Source: Macrostomum lignano (lineage: Eukaryota). From it: 64,000 nt of DNA. A program made the translations under genes and the position numbers. Shown in pieces: positions 1 to 13,931 of the stretch (within the stretch, counting starts at the first letter, position 1; every line of letters begins with the position of its first letter). Location of the stretch: positions 4,300 through 68,299 of the forward strand of contig NIVC01003947.1 in the NCBI GenBank assembly GCA_002269645.1, given 5' to 3'. The notes under the pieces are model-generated. The model saw only the letters and a list, made by a program, of their open reading frames with translations, was not told the origin of the DNA and did no database searches.

Positions 1-1125
1 AAATGAGCATTTCCCAGAGAATTTTTGCCTGAGAAATTCCCTGAGGTATTTTTACTGTTACATTACAGCTTATGCATTGAAACAACTTAATGTCTATCAC
101 AAACTTTTACAGTACAGTGAAATTTTGCGTCAAGAATGCTGGTAAATTTAAGTCTTGCACGCGTAAAGTAAGAATGCATGCATAGCCTAAAGTTTGCCTT
201 CACAAGTGGTCAAAAGTACTGCGGTGTATGCATCAGATTTGAACAATAGCTAAAAAATTCTCAGTTTTGCCTCTGGAAAAAACGTTTTTTGCCAGTTTAC
301 CTAGTTCAAAGCCAAGACTCTAAAAAATGAAAGCCAAATTAATCGGGCCAGGTCCATTGGCAGCTTACGTGTATCGCAAAAATTTGCAAAACTTCACGGT
401 GTTCCAAATGCAAAAAATCCTCATTTGCCAAATACCGACTTGCCGATTTCCCGACTCGCCGAATCTCTGGTAATGCCTGTGGCCTGTGCTAGCTAACAGA
501 TAGCCTTTCTTTGTTCAAACTTTTTGTATATTTTTGCTTATCATCATTTACTCTACTATTTCTTAAATACGAGCGTAGCTATTAGTAGAGATAGTATTAC
601 TTAAGTTAGTCACTTAGTAAGTCGATCGGCGACTCGGGATTCGGCGAGCTGAGAATCGGCAAATCAGGCTTCGGCGAATCGGAGGTAAACCACGTTAAGG
701 TCTTATGCCCTAACGAGCATATTTTTGCAATGTGCATGCTTGATCATCAATAATATGACACATGCTACCATTAAAATAGCACAATTTACACAGCACAACA
801 AAAAATTGAAACATAAAATTATCGTACCCTTTTAATTCTACACCTATAGTTTTCATGTTTTATCGATCAATATGCACAATTTTAAGGCCAGCACAGCCGT
901 TATGTTTAACAATGGTTCAACAATTGTTCAACAATTTCAAAAACCACAATAGGAGCAGTACGCACTAGAGATGCTTTTCCCACGCATGAAATACCTTAGA
1001 AATGGCTTTCGTTGTCAGCTTATCATGCGCAGTGTCCTTTACTGAACATCGCTGTTTACCTTGGGTTGTAGACCGCACACCTTAACTTTTGCACAATTTT
1101 CACTCCACTTGAACACCGGCTTCAG

Positions 1126-1891
1126 GCCAGCGAACTCGCGTCGGCTCCGGCCTGAGCACCCGCAGCAAGGAGCCGCTGAATCTCGCTCAGAGGCTTCGCA
1201 TCGGACTGTTCTATGAGCACAGGACCAAGAAGGTCTTCTACCTGAAATGCGCGGCAGAAGCTGGCTGCAAAATGATGGAGTTTGAGGATGCTGATAAGCT
1301 GTGAGTTTCTTAACCTATTGACAAAAATTGATTTTCATTCACAGCAATTGGCTCTCTAATTAGTTTATACCTTCACACTCCTGAAATTTGAATTCCAGGT
1401 ACCATGCTGTCGAAACTACGAACTCCTTTGTCTCTTGCGGCTCGCTCAGAGCTGTCAATCTGGGAGCTGGTGGTGAGGTACTTTGGCGGGTGAGCTTTAG
1501 GGGCTGCAGTGAGCAGCTTCCGGCTCTGATCAGCTTCCCGGATGCGGCCGGAAACAGATGCGGAAACTCAAGCCAACCTGTGCTGAGCTGGATGCTTGCG
1601 GCTGCCCAGCCGGCTGCGGAAGAAGAACAGACCGAAGGAACTAACTCGAAGTCTAAGAACAGACTAAATCCCAGTCCTGAAGGGATGAGTGTGCTGAGCA
1701 TGGTTCTGCTTGGGGCTTTTGCTACCACTCTATTAGCACTTATCTTTACTTTGACGCTACTTTTTATGAGAAGACGGCCATGCCTTCAATATAGAGCAGT
1801 AACTCCGCCAAAGACGGCCCCAAGCCCGGTTGAAAAAGGAGGAGGGTTTGATAAGGTCTGCCACTCTGACTCTGGAAAACCTCTGGTGTAA
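1126..1891 (+). CDS. Last two exons (1126-1300, 1399-1891) of an uncharacterised type I membrane protein, paralog A1 (upstream exons not seen)
   Basis: AG acceptor 1124-1125, GTGAGT donor 1301, AG acceptor 1397-1398; phases join (ct|g = Leu). C-terminal TM helix VLLGAFATTLLALIFTLTLLF followed by RRR. Both exons stay open in the paralog at 15186-15948. Confidence 0.6.
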
Positions 1892-3396
1892 CGGAGGCAG
1901 CGTCTTAGGCGTCATGCAAACAGATTGACGCAATAATCAGCACCTTTCCCTGGCAACCTGACCAAGGGTAGAACACACACACATAAAAACAGCTTGAAAG
2001 CCTTTTAGCTCGCATTTTGCCCTGCTTATCTTGTTGGCTTGATCAGCCAATAACAGAGCTAGCAACAGATACAGAATTATCCATGACAGCTGAGTCTGAT
2101 CAGCCGAAATCAAGTTTCACTTTCTCATCGGAAGATCCAACAAAACCGTATTTTGGGGATGTTGCTGCTGCTGTTAACTTGTGAACTAAAAAGTAAAATC
2201 TTTCAATTGCCTCCTGAGCAGCAAAAAGAAAGTCTTCGGAAGTTCAATGAAGAGCTTCAACACAGCCCACTGAGTGAGAAACATGCTGCTATATATAACA
2301 GTTAATTGCTTTGTAAATATGCCGCTTTGTTGCAGAATAATAACTTTGCTGTATAAATATGGAACGCACTGCAAATACGCTCGTACGCTCGCATCGGGCA
2401 TTGTAATGTTTATTTTGTGTAAAATTTCTGTACATTTCATTATTTGGTGTTCATTGCTTCCCAAAGTTGCTCCCTAAAGCACATTTACCAATGTTTTGTC
2501 TTGTACCCCTCTTTATCTATTCACTACCGTTAGCGAAGTGTGAAATGATGGTAGACTGTTTAGAATGCATTTTAGCTGAGTTAATTAAATAAGTAGTGGC
2601 TGATAAACGAGTGCATTGAGACTGAGTGTTTCGCACTAATCTACTCGTAGCAGTTGTATACTTAACATTTTGCAAAATTTATGATTTTAATGCAAGTGTA
2701 CCTGAATTAGTGTGAATTTACGAGCGTACCAGGGTATAATAAAAAACTGATTTACCTGTCATTTGAACAATCCAGCAGAAACGCAGTAATTCAAGAATTG
2801 TGCAATCTAATATCTCAATTATCAGTGATTACGGTAGTCAGAGAGCTGCTTTCAAGAATATTCTTGATGAGTAGGCATCGAAAAACTGCCTGTAAGTCAT
2901 CCCTGAGTTGAATAAGAATAAAGGTAAGTAGAATAACAGGGAAGAATAATTGAATGTATTGAATGCATTTCATTATGAAAAGATCATAACCGAGTGCCCA
3001 TAGAATCCGACAAATGGGCGCATTGCACCGACGAATAACGACGTTGGCTGAACGTCCCTGCATTGTAAAAGTACCTGCGTTTACCTGCAGCGTCACGTGT
3101 GTCGGATTTCTGTACGGGATTATTAGAATGATGCGAATTTAACCTTTTTTATTCTTTAGACAACAGAGTATTAAATCTAGATGTAGTTAGTGTTCGGGCT
3201 TCATTTCTTTGTACAAAGTGTCTTGAAGCTGCATCTCTACCCAGTGGGTGGGAGTCAGAATTCGACGGAAATGTTTTATCGTCAAGTTCTAAAATTCCCG
3301 GACCTGGTTTGGAGTTCATCATATCAGGGTTTTCAGCTTTTAGGCTTTTTATTGGGGCTGTGCCTTTCAGGGACGACTGCAATGAGAGGCGCGAGG

Positions 3397-4317
3397 ACCA
3401 AGGGGCTTTAGCACCAAGGGGCTTTAGCACCAAGGGGCTTTAGCACCAAGGGGCTTTAGCACCAAGGGGCTTTAGCACCAAGGGGCTTTAGCACCAAGGG
3501 GCTTTAGCACCAAGGGGCTTTAGCACCAAGGGGCTTTAGCACCAAGGGGCTTTAGCACCAAGGGGCTTTAGCACCAAGGGGCTTTAGCACCAAGGGGCTT
3601 TAGCACCAAGGGGCTTTAGCACCAAGGGGCTTTAGCACCAAGGGGCTTTAGCACCAAGGGGCTTTAGCACCAAGGGGCTTTAGCACCAAGGGGCTTTAGC
3701 ACCAAGGGCTTTAGCACCAAGGGGCTTTAGCACCAAGGGGCTTTAGCACCAAGGGGCTTTAGCACCAAGGGCTTTAGCACCAAGGGGCTTTAGCACCAAG
3801 GGGCTTTAGCACCAAGGGGCTTTAGCACCAAGGGGCTTTAGCACCAAGGGGCTTTAGCACCAAGGGGCTTTAGCACCAAGGGGCTTTAGCACCAAGGGGC
3901 TTTAGCACCAAGGGGCTTTAGCACCAAGGGGCTTTAGCACCAAGGGGCTTTAGCACCAAGGAGCTTTAGCACCAAGGGCTTTAGCACCAAGGGGCTTTAG
4001 CACCAAGGGGCTTTAGCACCAAGGGGCTTTAGCACCAAGGGGCTTTAGCACCAAGGGGCTTTAGCACCAAGGGCTTTAGCACCAAGGGGCGCCAGCACCA
4101 AGGGGCGCCAGCACCAAGGGCTTTAGCACCAAGGGGCTTTAGCACCAAGGGGCTTTAGCACCAAGGGGCTTTAGCACCAAGGGCTTTAGCACCAAGGGGC
4201 TTTAGCACCAAGGGGCTTTAGCACCAAGGGGCTTTAGCACCAAGGGGCTTTAGCACCAAGGGGCGCCAGCACCAAGGGGCGCCAGCACCAAGGGGCGCCA
4301 GCACCAAGGGGCTTTAG
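3397..4317. repeat. 16-bp minisatellite (GGGGCTTTAGCACCAA)n with GGGGCGCCAGCACCAA variants
   Basis: Directly visible head-to-tail array without unique spacers. Confidence 0.97.
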
Positions 4318-6185
4318 TTTTGCCAGCCTATTTGGAGGGCCCTTCCCTGGCCACGCTTCTGATCTTTTTTAATCAAAGAAGAGATTGATAAGAAAGTGGA
4401 AAGAAATTAGATAGAAGGAAAATAGAAGGTAAGATAAAATTAGTATATAAGTTACAAAATATGTTTATTTTGTCATCTGCAGTTTCTTTTATTCTTTTAA
4501 TAACTGTAAGCACCGAAAAAGAGCTTGGTGGTGAAAAGAGCTTGCATCGAAGTGGAAAAACAACGACCTCTACTCGTCTTGACCATGAAGCTATCCAAAC
4601 AGACCAGCTTAAGAAAGCCGACCTCAATTCCCAAAGGACAATAACGAAGCTGAGATTTGAGGGCCAAGCTAGCAGCCTACGAACGCGTGACACAGACTCC
4701 CAGCAAAATGCGGGGGTTGATGGTTGCCTTAACAACAGCACAGAGAGAAACTGCAGGAGCGCTAACTCTACCCAACTCAAAATATTCATTTTCTGCATTG
4801 TGCCTATGCGTTCTTGTTGACTATAAGATACACTGCTTTGAATAATATTCGGTACTGCGAATTCTGAGCTGTGAGCCTCGCGCTCAATAGGGCTTTTGGA
4901 GGCCAGTGTGTTATTATTACATCGCTGAAGTCCTTCAGAAGGAAAAAAACTTGTTAATAACGTTTTAAAAATCAAGGAGCCTTCAGAAAAGACCAGAGAA
5001 TCCCCAAGTTGTACTCTACAGATGTGTTGCTAAAAATAGCTCTGGGGTTCGCCCCTGCGTACATGGGGTGAGGGCGGCGTCCAGCTGGCACAAGCAGGCA
5101 GGCCGCGTATCATGGCTTCGCGCCTTGTTTGCAGCCTGCTGGCTGACGTTAATGTACCGGATTCGGTCGGCGACGTGACAATCCTTCACGACCTGGTCCA
5201 GAGGCGCGCCCTGTGCCGCTTCCGTCTAAGTAATCTGACAGCGTAATCTTATTGATGCTTCTTTACGAAGCCAGGGAAATCAAAGAAATGTAGAATTTGG
5301 GAACGTAATATTTGGGGAATGTAAAATGTAAGAAATGTAAAATTCAGGGATGTGAAATCTGGAAAATATGAAATATGGGGTAATTTGAAACATACCCAGT
5401 GCCCGAAAATTCTAGCTTAAGATGTCCGCCTAAGGTACAAAATGAGAGCAGCGAAATTAATGCTGTTTGTGCACCACACGTACAGTACCTTGAGCTCGCA
5501 GTTGTGAAACTAAACTAAAAGAAAGATTACAAAAATAAACTTTTAATCCCTTAGTTTAGACGAGAGGGACATCCGCCGGACTCAGACGTAATTTCACATG
5601 CTTATAATCTTATTCCTTGCAGTTGAGTGCTTTGAGCCGTGAGATGAGTCTATTAACTACGAACTTTTTGTGGGAACTGTACCATATATTGCGTATTCAT
5701 TTATTTCGCAACCTTTCAAAATAACAACAAAAAAATCTAAAGTAACTTGGAACAAAACTGAAGTTCCTTTTTTGTACAGCACTTGACTTTGGGGGGGGGG
5801 GAGGCGTACAGCGAACAGTGCATGCTGCTTTGGAAACTGCTTTGGTACAAGAAGCGTGCGTCCTTCTGCTTCTCTTTCCTCGCATAGTACTCGGCGGCAT
5901 AGATCCGCATTCCTGTATTGTATCGGCTAAATTTCCATGGAAAAGCCATGGAATGGCCTTTTAAAAGTACTTGGAGACTTATTCACAGAAGAAAAATCCG
6001 CGGAAAAGCCGTGGGTTTCACTTGGACTTGCCACAGAGTTACCGCAGCTTCACCTGTAATTAAAATCATGCGTTTGCCACGGTTGCTACCCCCCATCAAA
6101 ATTTGCAAATATTGCAAGAAGCAGAGAAACTTCTTTTGGTTAGTACACAGAGACAATGAGTTAAGTTTCGTGCACATTTAGTTGA
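4317..6185 (+). repeat. Segmental duplication module B, copy 1 (other copies ~7790-10070 and ~18900-21810)
   Basis: Shared collinear landmarks such as aatcaaagaagagatt, gtactgcgaattctgagctg, ttgctaaaaata, aatttccatgg..gccatggaat and gtgcaca(t/c)ttagtt occur in all three copies. Confidence 0.9.
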
Positions 6186-6196
6186 GTCTGTGGCAG

Positions 6197-6570
6197 TTGA
6201 CTGCCACAATTTGACTGCCACAATTTGACTGCCACAATTTGACTGCCACAATTTGACTGCCACAATTTGACTGCCACAATTTGACTGCCACAATTTGACT
6301 GCCACAATTTGACTGCCACAATTTGACTGCCACAATTTGACTGCCACAATTTGACTGCCACAATTTGACTGCCACAATTTGACTGCCACAATTTGACTGC
6401 CACAATTTGACTGCCACAATTTGACTGCCACAATTTGACTGCCACAATTTGACTGCCACAATTTGACTGCCACAATTTGACTGCCACAATTTGACTGCCA
6501 CAATTTGACTGCCACAATTTGACTGCCACAAGTTGACTGCCACAATTTGACTGCCACAATTTGACTGCCA
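6197..6570. repeat. 14-bp minisatellite (GACTGCCACAATTT)n
   Basis: Near-perfect tandem array; explains the repetitive ORFs 6096-6777. Confidence 0.97.
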
Positions 6571-6589
6571 AAAGTACCAAACGTACCAT

Positions 6590-6790
6590 AGAAACCATAC
6601 TGCTTTGAGTACAAACTCCTCAGTCTTCTGTGACTCACTCAGAACTGTCAATCTTATCATTGATGATAAGAGCCAACAAGAGATGATAATTAAGAGAGAA
6701 AACTCGAGCCAACCTGTGCTCAGCTGGATGCTTGCGGCTGCCCAGCCAACTGCAGAATACGAGCTAAGAACAAGCAAGTCGCAGTCCTAA
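6590..6790 (+). CDS. Diverged paralog of the terminal exon of the membrane-protein gene, lacking the TM helix
   Basis: STNSSVFCDSLRTVNL...NSSQPVLSWMLAAAQPTAE aligns with TTNSFVSCGSLRAVNL...NSSQPVLSWMLAAAQPAAE of 1388-1891 but stops at SKSQS*. Confidence 0.45.
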   Translation, partial: RNHTALSTNSSVFCDSLRTVNLIIDDKSQQEMIIKRENSSQPVLSWMLAAAQPTAEYELRTSKSQS

Positions 6791-8899
6791 AAGAATGAGT
6801 CTGATTTTGGTTCGCCAGTCAACTCTAGCTCGTATTTGATCAGCCAATAACCGCGCTTGCAAAAGAGACCAAACTATCCATAATTATGGAGTCTGATTAC
6901 TCGAAATCCAGCTTCACTTCCTCATCGGCTTCATCGAGTAGATGTCAGGTTTGAAGATTTTGTGTTTTAGTTGTTGGTGTTAACTAAGCTTTACTAATCG
7001 TAAGAATAATAGTTCACAGCCTCAAAGCTCTTCATTGAAACTATAAGAGGATTGAATGAGAAATATGCTGTTACATGCGAGTGATGACTGTATAATTATG
7101 CTGTTACTGTTCTGCTGTTTAAATGCTGTAAATCTCTGCAAATATCGGAAATATTTATCTAGAATCTAGAAAGAAGGCAATCGAAAATGTAATCACTGGA
7201 TTAAACATTTGTAAGAGGAAATAAAACAATAACGAGGAAGAAAATATAATTAAGTAACGATAAAAAATCCGAGAACTTAATTAACAGTAGAACTACCCAG
7301 AGGGGGGCATCCCCCTGACAATTTTTTGCTGCGCCGTACTGGAGCAACGCAGACATACGAAATTCAAGAACACAGGCAAAAATTTTGTTGCGCACCTTCT
7401 CAAACAAGAATCAAGTCGCCAGCCCTCCGGACCGTCGAGATATTTGACGATTCTGCCAGAAGGTCTGATTTTTCCCATAAGCGCCAGTGTATTCAGTACA
7501 CCCCTGTGCGCCAATCAACACTGCGCCTCAGTGCAGCCTTGCCAAGCCTCCAAATTTCATCAGCACGTCGACCACATGTGTCCGCATCAGCTCTTACTTC
7601 GTTGGTCACTAGCCTTCACCCAGGCGGAGCTTCTGGACCTTCCACAGGTGGCACCAGGTGACTATAGACACGCTGTTGCAAATTTATCTAGTTTCGATGA
7701 TCAAGCGAGATCCAGTAGGCAAGCTGCTGGACATCCTCAGCTGGTATCTCAAGCATTCCGTTATCACCCCGGTACTTTTGAGCCAATGAGAGTCAGCACC
7801 AAGGGGCGCCAGCACCAAGGGCTGTTGTTGGGGCCAAAGTAGCCAAAGTGGTGGTCGGGGGAACTGCTAGAATTGGGAAAAGAAGCGCCAAACCTGCTGA
7901 AGAGGCGCCAAGTCAGTAGGTACTCAGCCATTAGCTTTGCCAGCCTATTTGGAGGGCCGGATCGCCCTTTGGCCCTTCCGTGGCCACGCTCCTGATCTTT
8001 TTAATCAAAGAAGAGATTAGTAAGAAAGTGGAAAGAGATTAGAAAGAAAGAAAATAAAAAGTAAGATAACATTCAGTAAGTATCTAAGTTACAAAACTTG
8101 TTCGTGTTATCATTTGCAGTTTCTTTCATTCTTTTAATACTTGTCTGTAAGCACCGGAAAAGCGCTTGCATCGAAGTGGAAAAAACAACAACCTCTACTC
8201 ATCTTGACCAAACCTATCCAAACAGACCAGCTTAAGAAGCCGATCTCAATGCCCAAATGACAATAACGAATCTGAGATTTGAGGGCCAAGCCAGTAGCCT
8301 GCGAACGCGTGACACAGAAGACTCGCAGCAAAATGTGTTGAGAGGCGGGGGTTGATAATTGCCATAAAAACAGCACAGAGAGAAACTGCGTGAGCGCTAA
8401 GCCTACCCCGCTCAAAATATTCATTACTTCTGCATTGTGCGTATGCGTTTTAGTTGACTATAAGATACACTGCTTTGAATAATGTTCAGTACTGCGAATT
8501 CTGAGCTGTGAGCCTCACACTCATAATAGGGCCTTTAGAGGCCAGTGTGTTTGAAGTCTTTCTGCCATGCAAGCAGAAGATAATAGGGAAAAACCTGTTA
8601 ATAACGTTTAAAAATCCAGGAGCGTTCCGCACAGACCAGAGAATCTCCTTGTACTTGCACATGCAGATGGCTCTCTATAGATGTGTTGCTAAAAATAGCT
8701 TTGAGTTTGGCCTGCGTACATGGAGTGAGGGCGGCGTCCAGCTGGCACAAGCAGGCAGGCCATGTATCGCGGGTTCGCGCCTTGTCTCCTGCCTGCTGTC
8801 TGACGCCGGCGCCCCGGATTCAGTCGGCGACGTGGCTTTTCTTTGCGACCTGACCCAGAGGCGCGCCCTGTGCCGCTGTATTGTTGTTTATTGCGACGC

Positions 8900-9260
8900 C
8901 GGAGAAATATGGGGAATGTAAAATTTTTGGAACGTAAAATCTTGGGAATGTGAAATATGGTGAGCGTGAAATGCAAGGAATGTTAAATCTGGGAAATGTG
9001 AAATCTGTTGATGCAAAATCTGGGGAATGGGAATTCTGGTGAATGTGAATTTCGGGGAATGTGAACTCTGGGGGAATGTGAAATCTGGGGAATGTGAAAT
9101 CTGCAGAATGTGAAATCTGCGGAATGTGAAATCTGCGGAATTTTAAATCTGGGGAATGTGACATCTGCGGAATTTTAAATCTGAGGGAATGTCAAATCTG
9201 AGAAATTTTTAAAATCTGGAATGTGAAATCTGGGAGATGTAAATCTGAGGAATGTGAAAC
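8900..9260. repeat. Degenerate ~16-17-bp repeat (GAATGTGAAATCTGGG-like); homologous tracts at ~5280-5395 and ~20560-20880
   Basis: Visible imperfect tandem units at the same position in modules B, B' and B''. Confidence 0.85.
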
Positions 9261-10396
9261 ATACCCTAAAGTTCTAGCTAAAGTTTTCCACCAGAAAAGA
9301 CAAAATGAGAGCGACGAAACTTATATTCAAGCTGTTTCTGCACCATAGCACTTTTAGCTCGCACTGCTCGCAGTTGTTGAACTGAACTAAAAGAAGAATT
9401 CATAAACACATTCTGAAGACCCTTGTGAACCACTAAAGAAAATTTTAGTCTCAACTTTGACGACAATGACATCCGCCAGACCCTACGTATGTCAAATGCT
9501 TGTAATCATTCCCTGCCGTTGACTGCTTTGCCTTTGGGCTTTGAGCTTTGAACAATAAATAAAGAACTCTAAAGTTCACAGAAAAAACTGAAGTTCCCTT
9601 TTTTGTACGAACGTAGAGCGTTAGGCGGCGTCAGAGAACAGTTCATGCTTGGTCTGAAAGCGCATGAACGATACAGATCTCTTCTGTCTCTCTTTCCTGG
9701 CATGCTACGTACTCGTACAATAGGGCGGCAACTGTGCATACACTCACACTCCAACCCTATTTAAATAATTCTACTGACTGAATTTCCATGGGAGAGCCAT
9801 GGAATTGCCTTTTAGTTGTACTTGAAAGGAGGGGCAAATTCCAACTGCTTTAAGAGAAACATTCGCCGCGGAAAAGCCGTGGGTTTTACTTGGATTTTAC
9901 TTGGATCTGCCACAGAGTTACCGCGGCTTCGCCTGTAAAATCATGGGTTTTCCGTGGTGCTCCCTTCCTAAATTTTATTGTATAAAGTCTGCAGGAAGCT
10001 GGAGTTGGCCAACATCTCTTGGTGAGTGAGTCCACATGGACAGTGAGTTGAGTTTCGTGCACACTTAGTTACCATAGTTTTTAAGTGTCCCCTTTTGTCA
10101 AATGATATTTAATTGAGGAAAGATAGAAGGAAGCAAAATAGTAGTTAAGAATGTTAAACAAAATATTTTTTGTTCCCACGGAATTTTCCACTGTCGTTCG
10201 ATTAGGGGCTGTGTATTGTGTATTGTACTTCGATTGCTAAATGATTTTCGAATTCAACGTACGCGATGATTTCTTTGTAATACGAGTGTACATGCAGTAC
10301 ACGTACATACGAGCGTACATAGCTACCGGGTTCATTAGAGTCACTAGAGTATAAGTATGTTCAGGTAAGTCAGAGCAAAGGCTGAGTCTGTCTCAC

Positions 10397-10597
10397 CACT
10401 GGCGTATTCAGGGGGGGGGGCGGCCTGGCCTGGGGGTGGTGGGGTTGGGCGCGGCCGGTACCAAAAACCATGAGACAATTGAGTGCCTGCGGCTCTAAAA
10501 TGAGTGCCTGCGGCGCCAAAAGTGGCACTGCAGGCATGAGACTTGGCCAGCCAGGTCAACCCGGCCCCCCAAATTGAAATTCCTGGCTACGCCACTG
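10397..10597. mobile_element. hAT-type MITE, 201 bp
   Basis: Imperfect TIRs CACTGGCGTA / TACGCCACTG; exact 8-bp TSD TGTCTCAC (10389-10396, 10598-10605); insertion absent from the paralogous site near 22170-22185. Confidence 0.8.
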
Positions 10598-11129
10598 TGT
10601 CTCACCAGATGCAATGTTATATTTAAAATCAAAGAAAGAATTAAATCTACACGATTTTACAGCTATAATTCCTTGACAGCAGGGTTAGGTAAACTACGAG
10701 CTAAAAGCCAAGAAATGTGTCACTACATCCGGGTACTAAAACAGAAATCAGATTGCTAAAATTAGAAATTTCGTATAGTACGCGTACAAGAAGTTTGATG
10801 CAATTTACGAATATCTTTGTTCAGCAGTTTCACGTCTTACCTATAAATGCTGGCGCAGACACAGAATCTCCATGCTGCGCCCACCTCTCATCGCGAATTT
10901 TAGGTGCCGGAAGTGAGCGACATGCGACTGAATTTGCAGATTGTGATAGGCAGAAGCCTGTCGACTCTTCTGCTGCTGTCTGCCACATTTCAAATGTGAG
11001 TGATGCGATGCTCAAGTTCTTGCACCAACTGGGATTTTTGTAGCGGATTTCAGGTTTTGATTGGGGTGGTTTAGATGCTTTTGGATGCCACACTTTGGGT
11101 GCGTCATATTGATTTCGGCGTCACTGATT

Positions 11130-13500
11130 TGGTCATCATACTGATTGGGTCATCATACTGATTGGGTCATCATACTGATTGGGTCATCATACTGATTGGG
11201 TCATCATACTGATTGGGTCATCATACTGATTGGGTCATCATACTGATTGGGTCATCATACTGATTGGGTCATCATACTGATTGGGTCATCATACTGATTG
11301 GGTCATCATACTGATTGAGTCATCATACTGATTGGGTCATGATACTGATTGGGCCATGGGATTTTTGTAGCGGATTTCAGGTTTTGATTGGGGTGGTTTA
11401 GATGCTTTTGGATGCCACACTTTGGGTGCGTCATATTGATTTCGGCGTCACTGATTTGGTCATCATACTGATTGGGTCATCATACTGATTGGGTCATCAT
11501 ACTGATTGGGTCATCATACTGATTGGGTCATCATACTGATTGGGTCATCATACTGATTGGGTCATCATACTGATTGGGTCATCATACTGATTGGGTCATC
11601 ATACTGATTGGGTCATCATACTGATTGGGTCATCATACTGATTGAGTCATCATACTGATTGGGTCATGATACTGATTGGGCCATCATACTGATTGGGGTG
11701 TCATGCTGATTGGGGTGTCACACTGATTGATTGGGGTGTCATGCTGATTGGGGTGTCACACTGATTGATTGGGGTGTCATACTGATTGGGATGTCATACT
11801 GATTGATTGGGGTGTCATACTGATTGATTGGGGTGTCACACTGATTGATTGGGGTGTCATACTGATTGATTGGGGTGTCATACTGATTTGGATGTCATAC
11901 TGATTGATTGGGATGTCATACTGATTGATTGGGGTGTCATACTGATTGATTGGGGTGTCACACTGATTGATTGGGGTGTCATACTGATTGATTGGGGTGT
12001 CATACTGATTTGGATGTCATACTGATTGATTGGCGTGTCATAATGATTGATTGGGGTGTCATACTGATTGATTGGGGTGTCATACTGATTGATTGGGGTG
12101 TCATACTGATTGATTGGGGTGTCATACTGATTGGGGTGTCATTTTGATTGGGTTGTCATACTGATTGGGGGTGTCATACTGATTGATTGGGGTGTCATAC
12201 TGATTGATTGGGGTGTCATACTGATTGATTGGGGTGTCATACTGATTGATTGGGGTGTCATACTGATTGATTGGGGTGTCATACTGATTGGGGTGTCATT
12301 TTGATTGGGTTGTCATACTGATTGGGGGTGTCATACTGATTGGGGTGTCATACTGATTGGGGTGTCATACTGATTGGGGTGTCATACTGATTGGGGGGTT
12401 ATACTGATTGGGGTATCATACTGATTGGGGTGTCATACTGATTGGGGTGTCATACTGATTGGGGGGTCATACTGATTGGGGTGTCATACTGATTAATTTG
12501 GGTGTCATACTGATTAATTTGGGTGTCATACTGATTAATTGGGGTGTCATACTGATTAATTGGAGTGTCATACTGATTGGGGGTGTCATACTGATTGGAG
12601 TGTCATACTGATTGGGGGTGTCATACTGATTGGGGTGTCATACTGATTGGGGTGTCATACTGATTGGGGTGTCATACTGATTGGGGGGTCATACTGATTG
12701 GGGTATCATACTGATTGGGGTGTCATACTGATTGGGGTGTCATACTGATTGGGGTGTCATACTGATTGGGGTGTCATACTGATTGGGGTGTCATACTGAT
12801 TGGGGGGTCATACTGATTGGGGTGTCATGCTGATTGGGGTGTCACACTGATTGATTGGGGTGTCATGCTGATTGGGGTGTCACACTGATTGATTGGGGTG
12901 TCATACTGATTGGGATGTCATACTGATTGATTGGGGTGTCATACTGATTGATTGGGGTGTCACACTGATTGATTGGGGTGTCATACTGATTGATTGGGGT
13001 GTCATACTGATTTGGATGTCATACTGATTGATTGGGATGTCATACTGATTGATTGGGGTGTCATACTGATTGATTGGGGTGTCACACTGATTGATTGGGG
13101 TGTCATACTGATTGATTGGGGTGTCATACTGATTTGGATGTCATACTGATTGATTGGCGTGTCATAATGATTGGGGTGTCATACTGATTAATTAGGGTGT
13201 CATACTGATTAATTTGGGTGTCATACTGATTAATTAGGGTGTCATACTGATTAATTTGGGTGTCATACTGATTAATTTGGGTGTCATACTGATTAATTGG
13301 GGTGTCATACTGATTAATTGGGGTGTCATACTGATTAATTGGAGTGTCATACTGATTGGGGGTGTCATACTGATTGGAGTGTCATACTGATTGGGGTGTC
13401 ATACAGATTGGAATGTCATACTGATTGATTGGGGTGTCACTGATTGAGGTGTCATACAGATTGGAATGTCATACTGATTGATTGGGGCGTCATACTGATT
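11130..13500. repeat. Compound minisatellite: CATACTGATTGGGT (14 bp) grading into 17-bp and 21-bp variants
   Basis: Directly visible; includes a duplicated ~330-bp block (~11027-11350 and ~11357-11690) and a higher-order repeat of ~11690-12060 at ~12830-13150. Confidence 0.97.
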
Positions 13501-13931
13501 GGGGTGGCGATGTACTTTGTGGGGCTGTCTTTTTGGGGGCTTCCCATTATGGGACTGTTATTTGGGGGCCTGTCCTTGCGAGGCTGACGCGGTCAGTGTA
13601 CATTAATGTACGAAATTTAATTGGAATTTTGCCACAAAATCGATGGCATTTCTTCACGTTCATGCGTATTGCTATTGATAATAATATATTACTATGTATT
13701 CTGTATATTTTTAAAATATAACACAAATTAATTAACAGGTCGGTATGCGAGAAATAAACTGAAGTACCGACCGAAAAGTCAATTAATCGCATAATCAACA
13801 ACCCATTTTGCCAATAATAGCTCAGAAAATAACGTTTAAGAGATAAAATTTTAAGTGAGCTGAGCCTTCCAACAACTTTTCACTGTCCATTTACAAAAAA
13901 TCCTACTCCTCCTCATTCTTCTTATCCACAG

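Noticed and set aside
436-692. Imperfect inverted repeat (CCGACTTGCCGATT.. / ..AATCGGCAAATCAGG) suggesting a MITE
   Set aside because: Only internal arms match; no matching termini or TSD.
4461-4820. 119-aa ORF with a signal-peptide-like start
   Set aside because: The frame is broken at different places in both paralogous modules (~8100-8460, ~19170-19500); no family motif.
6096-6777. Long ORFs with QIVAVKLWQSNCGS repeats
   Set aside because: Translation of the 14-bp minisatellite, open in several frames by chance.
7326-7842. GC-rich overlapping ORFs between modules A' and B'
   Set aside because: Possibly coding, but no recognisable domain or consistent splice model could be built.
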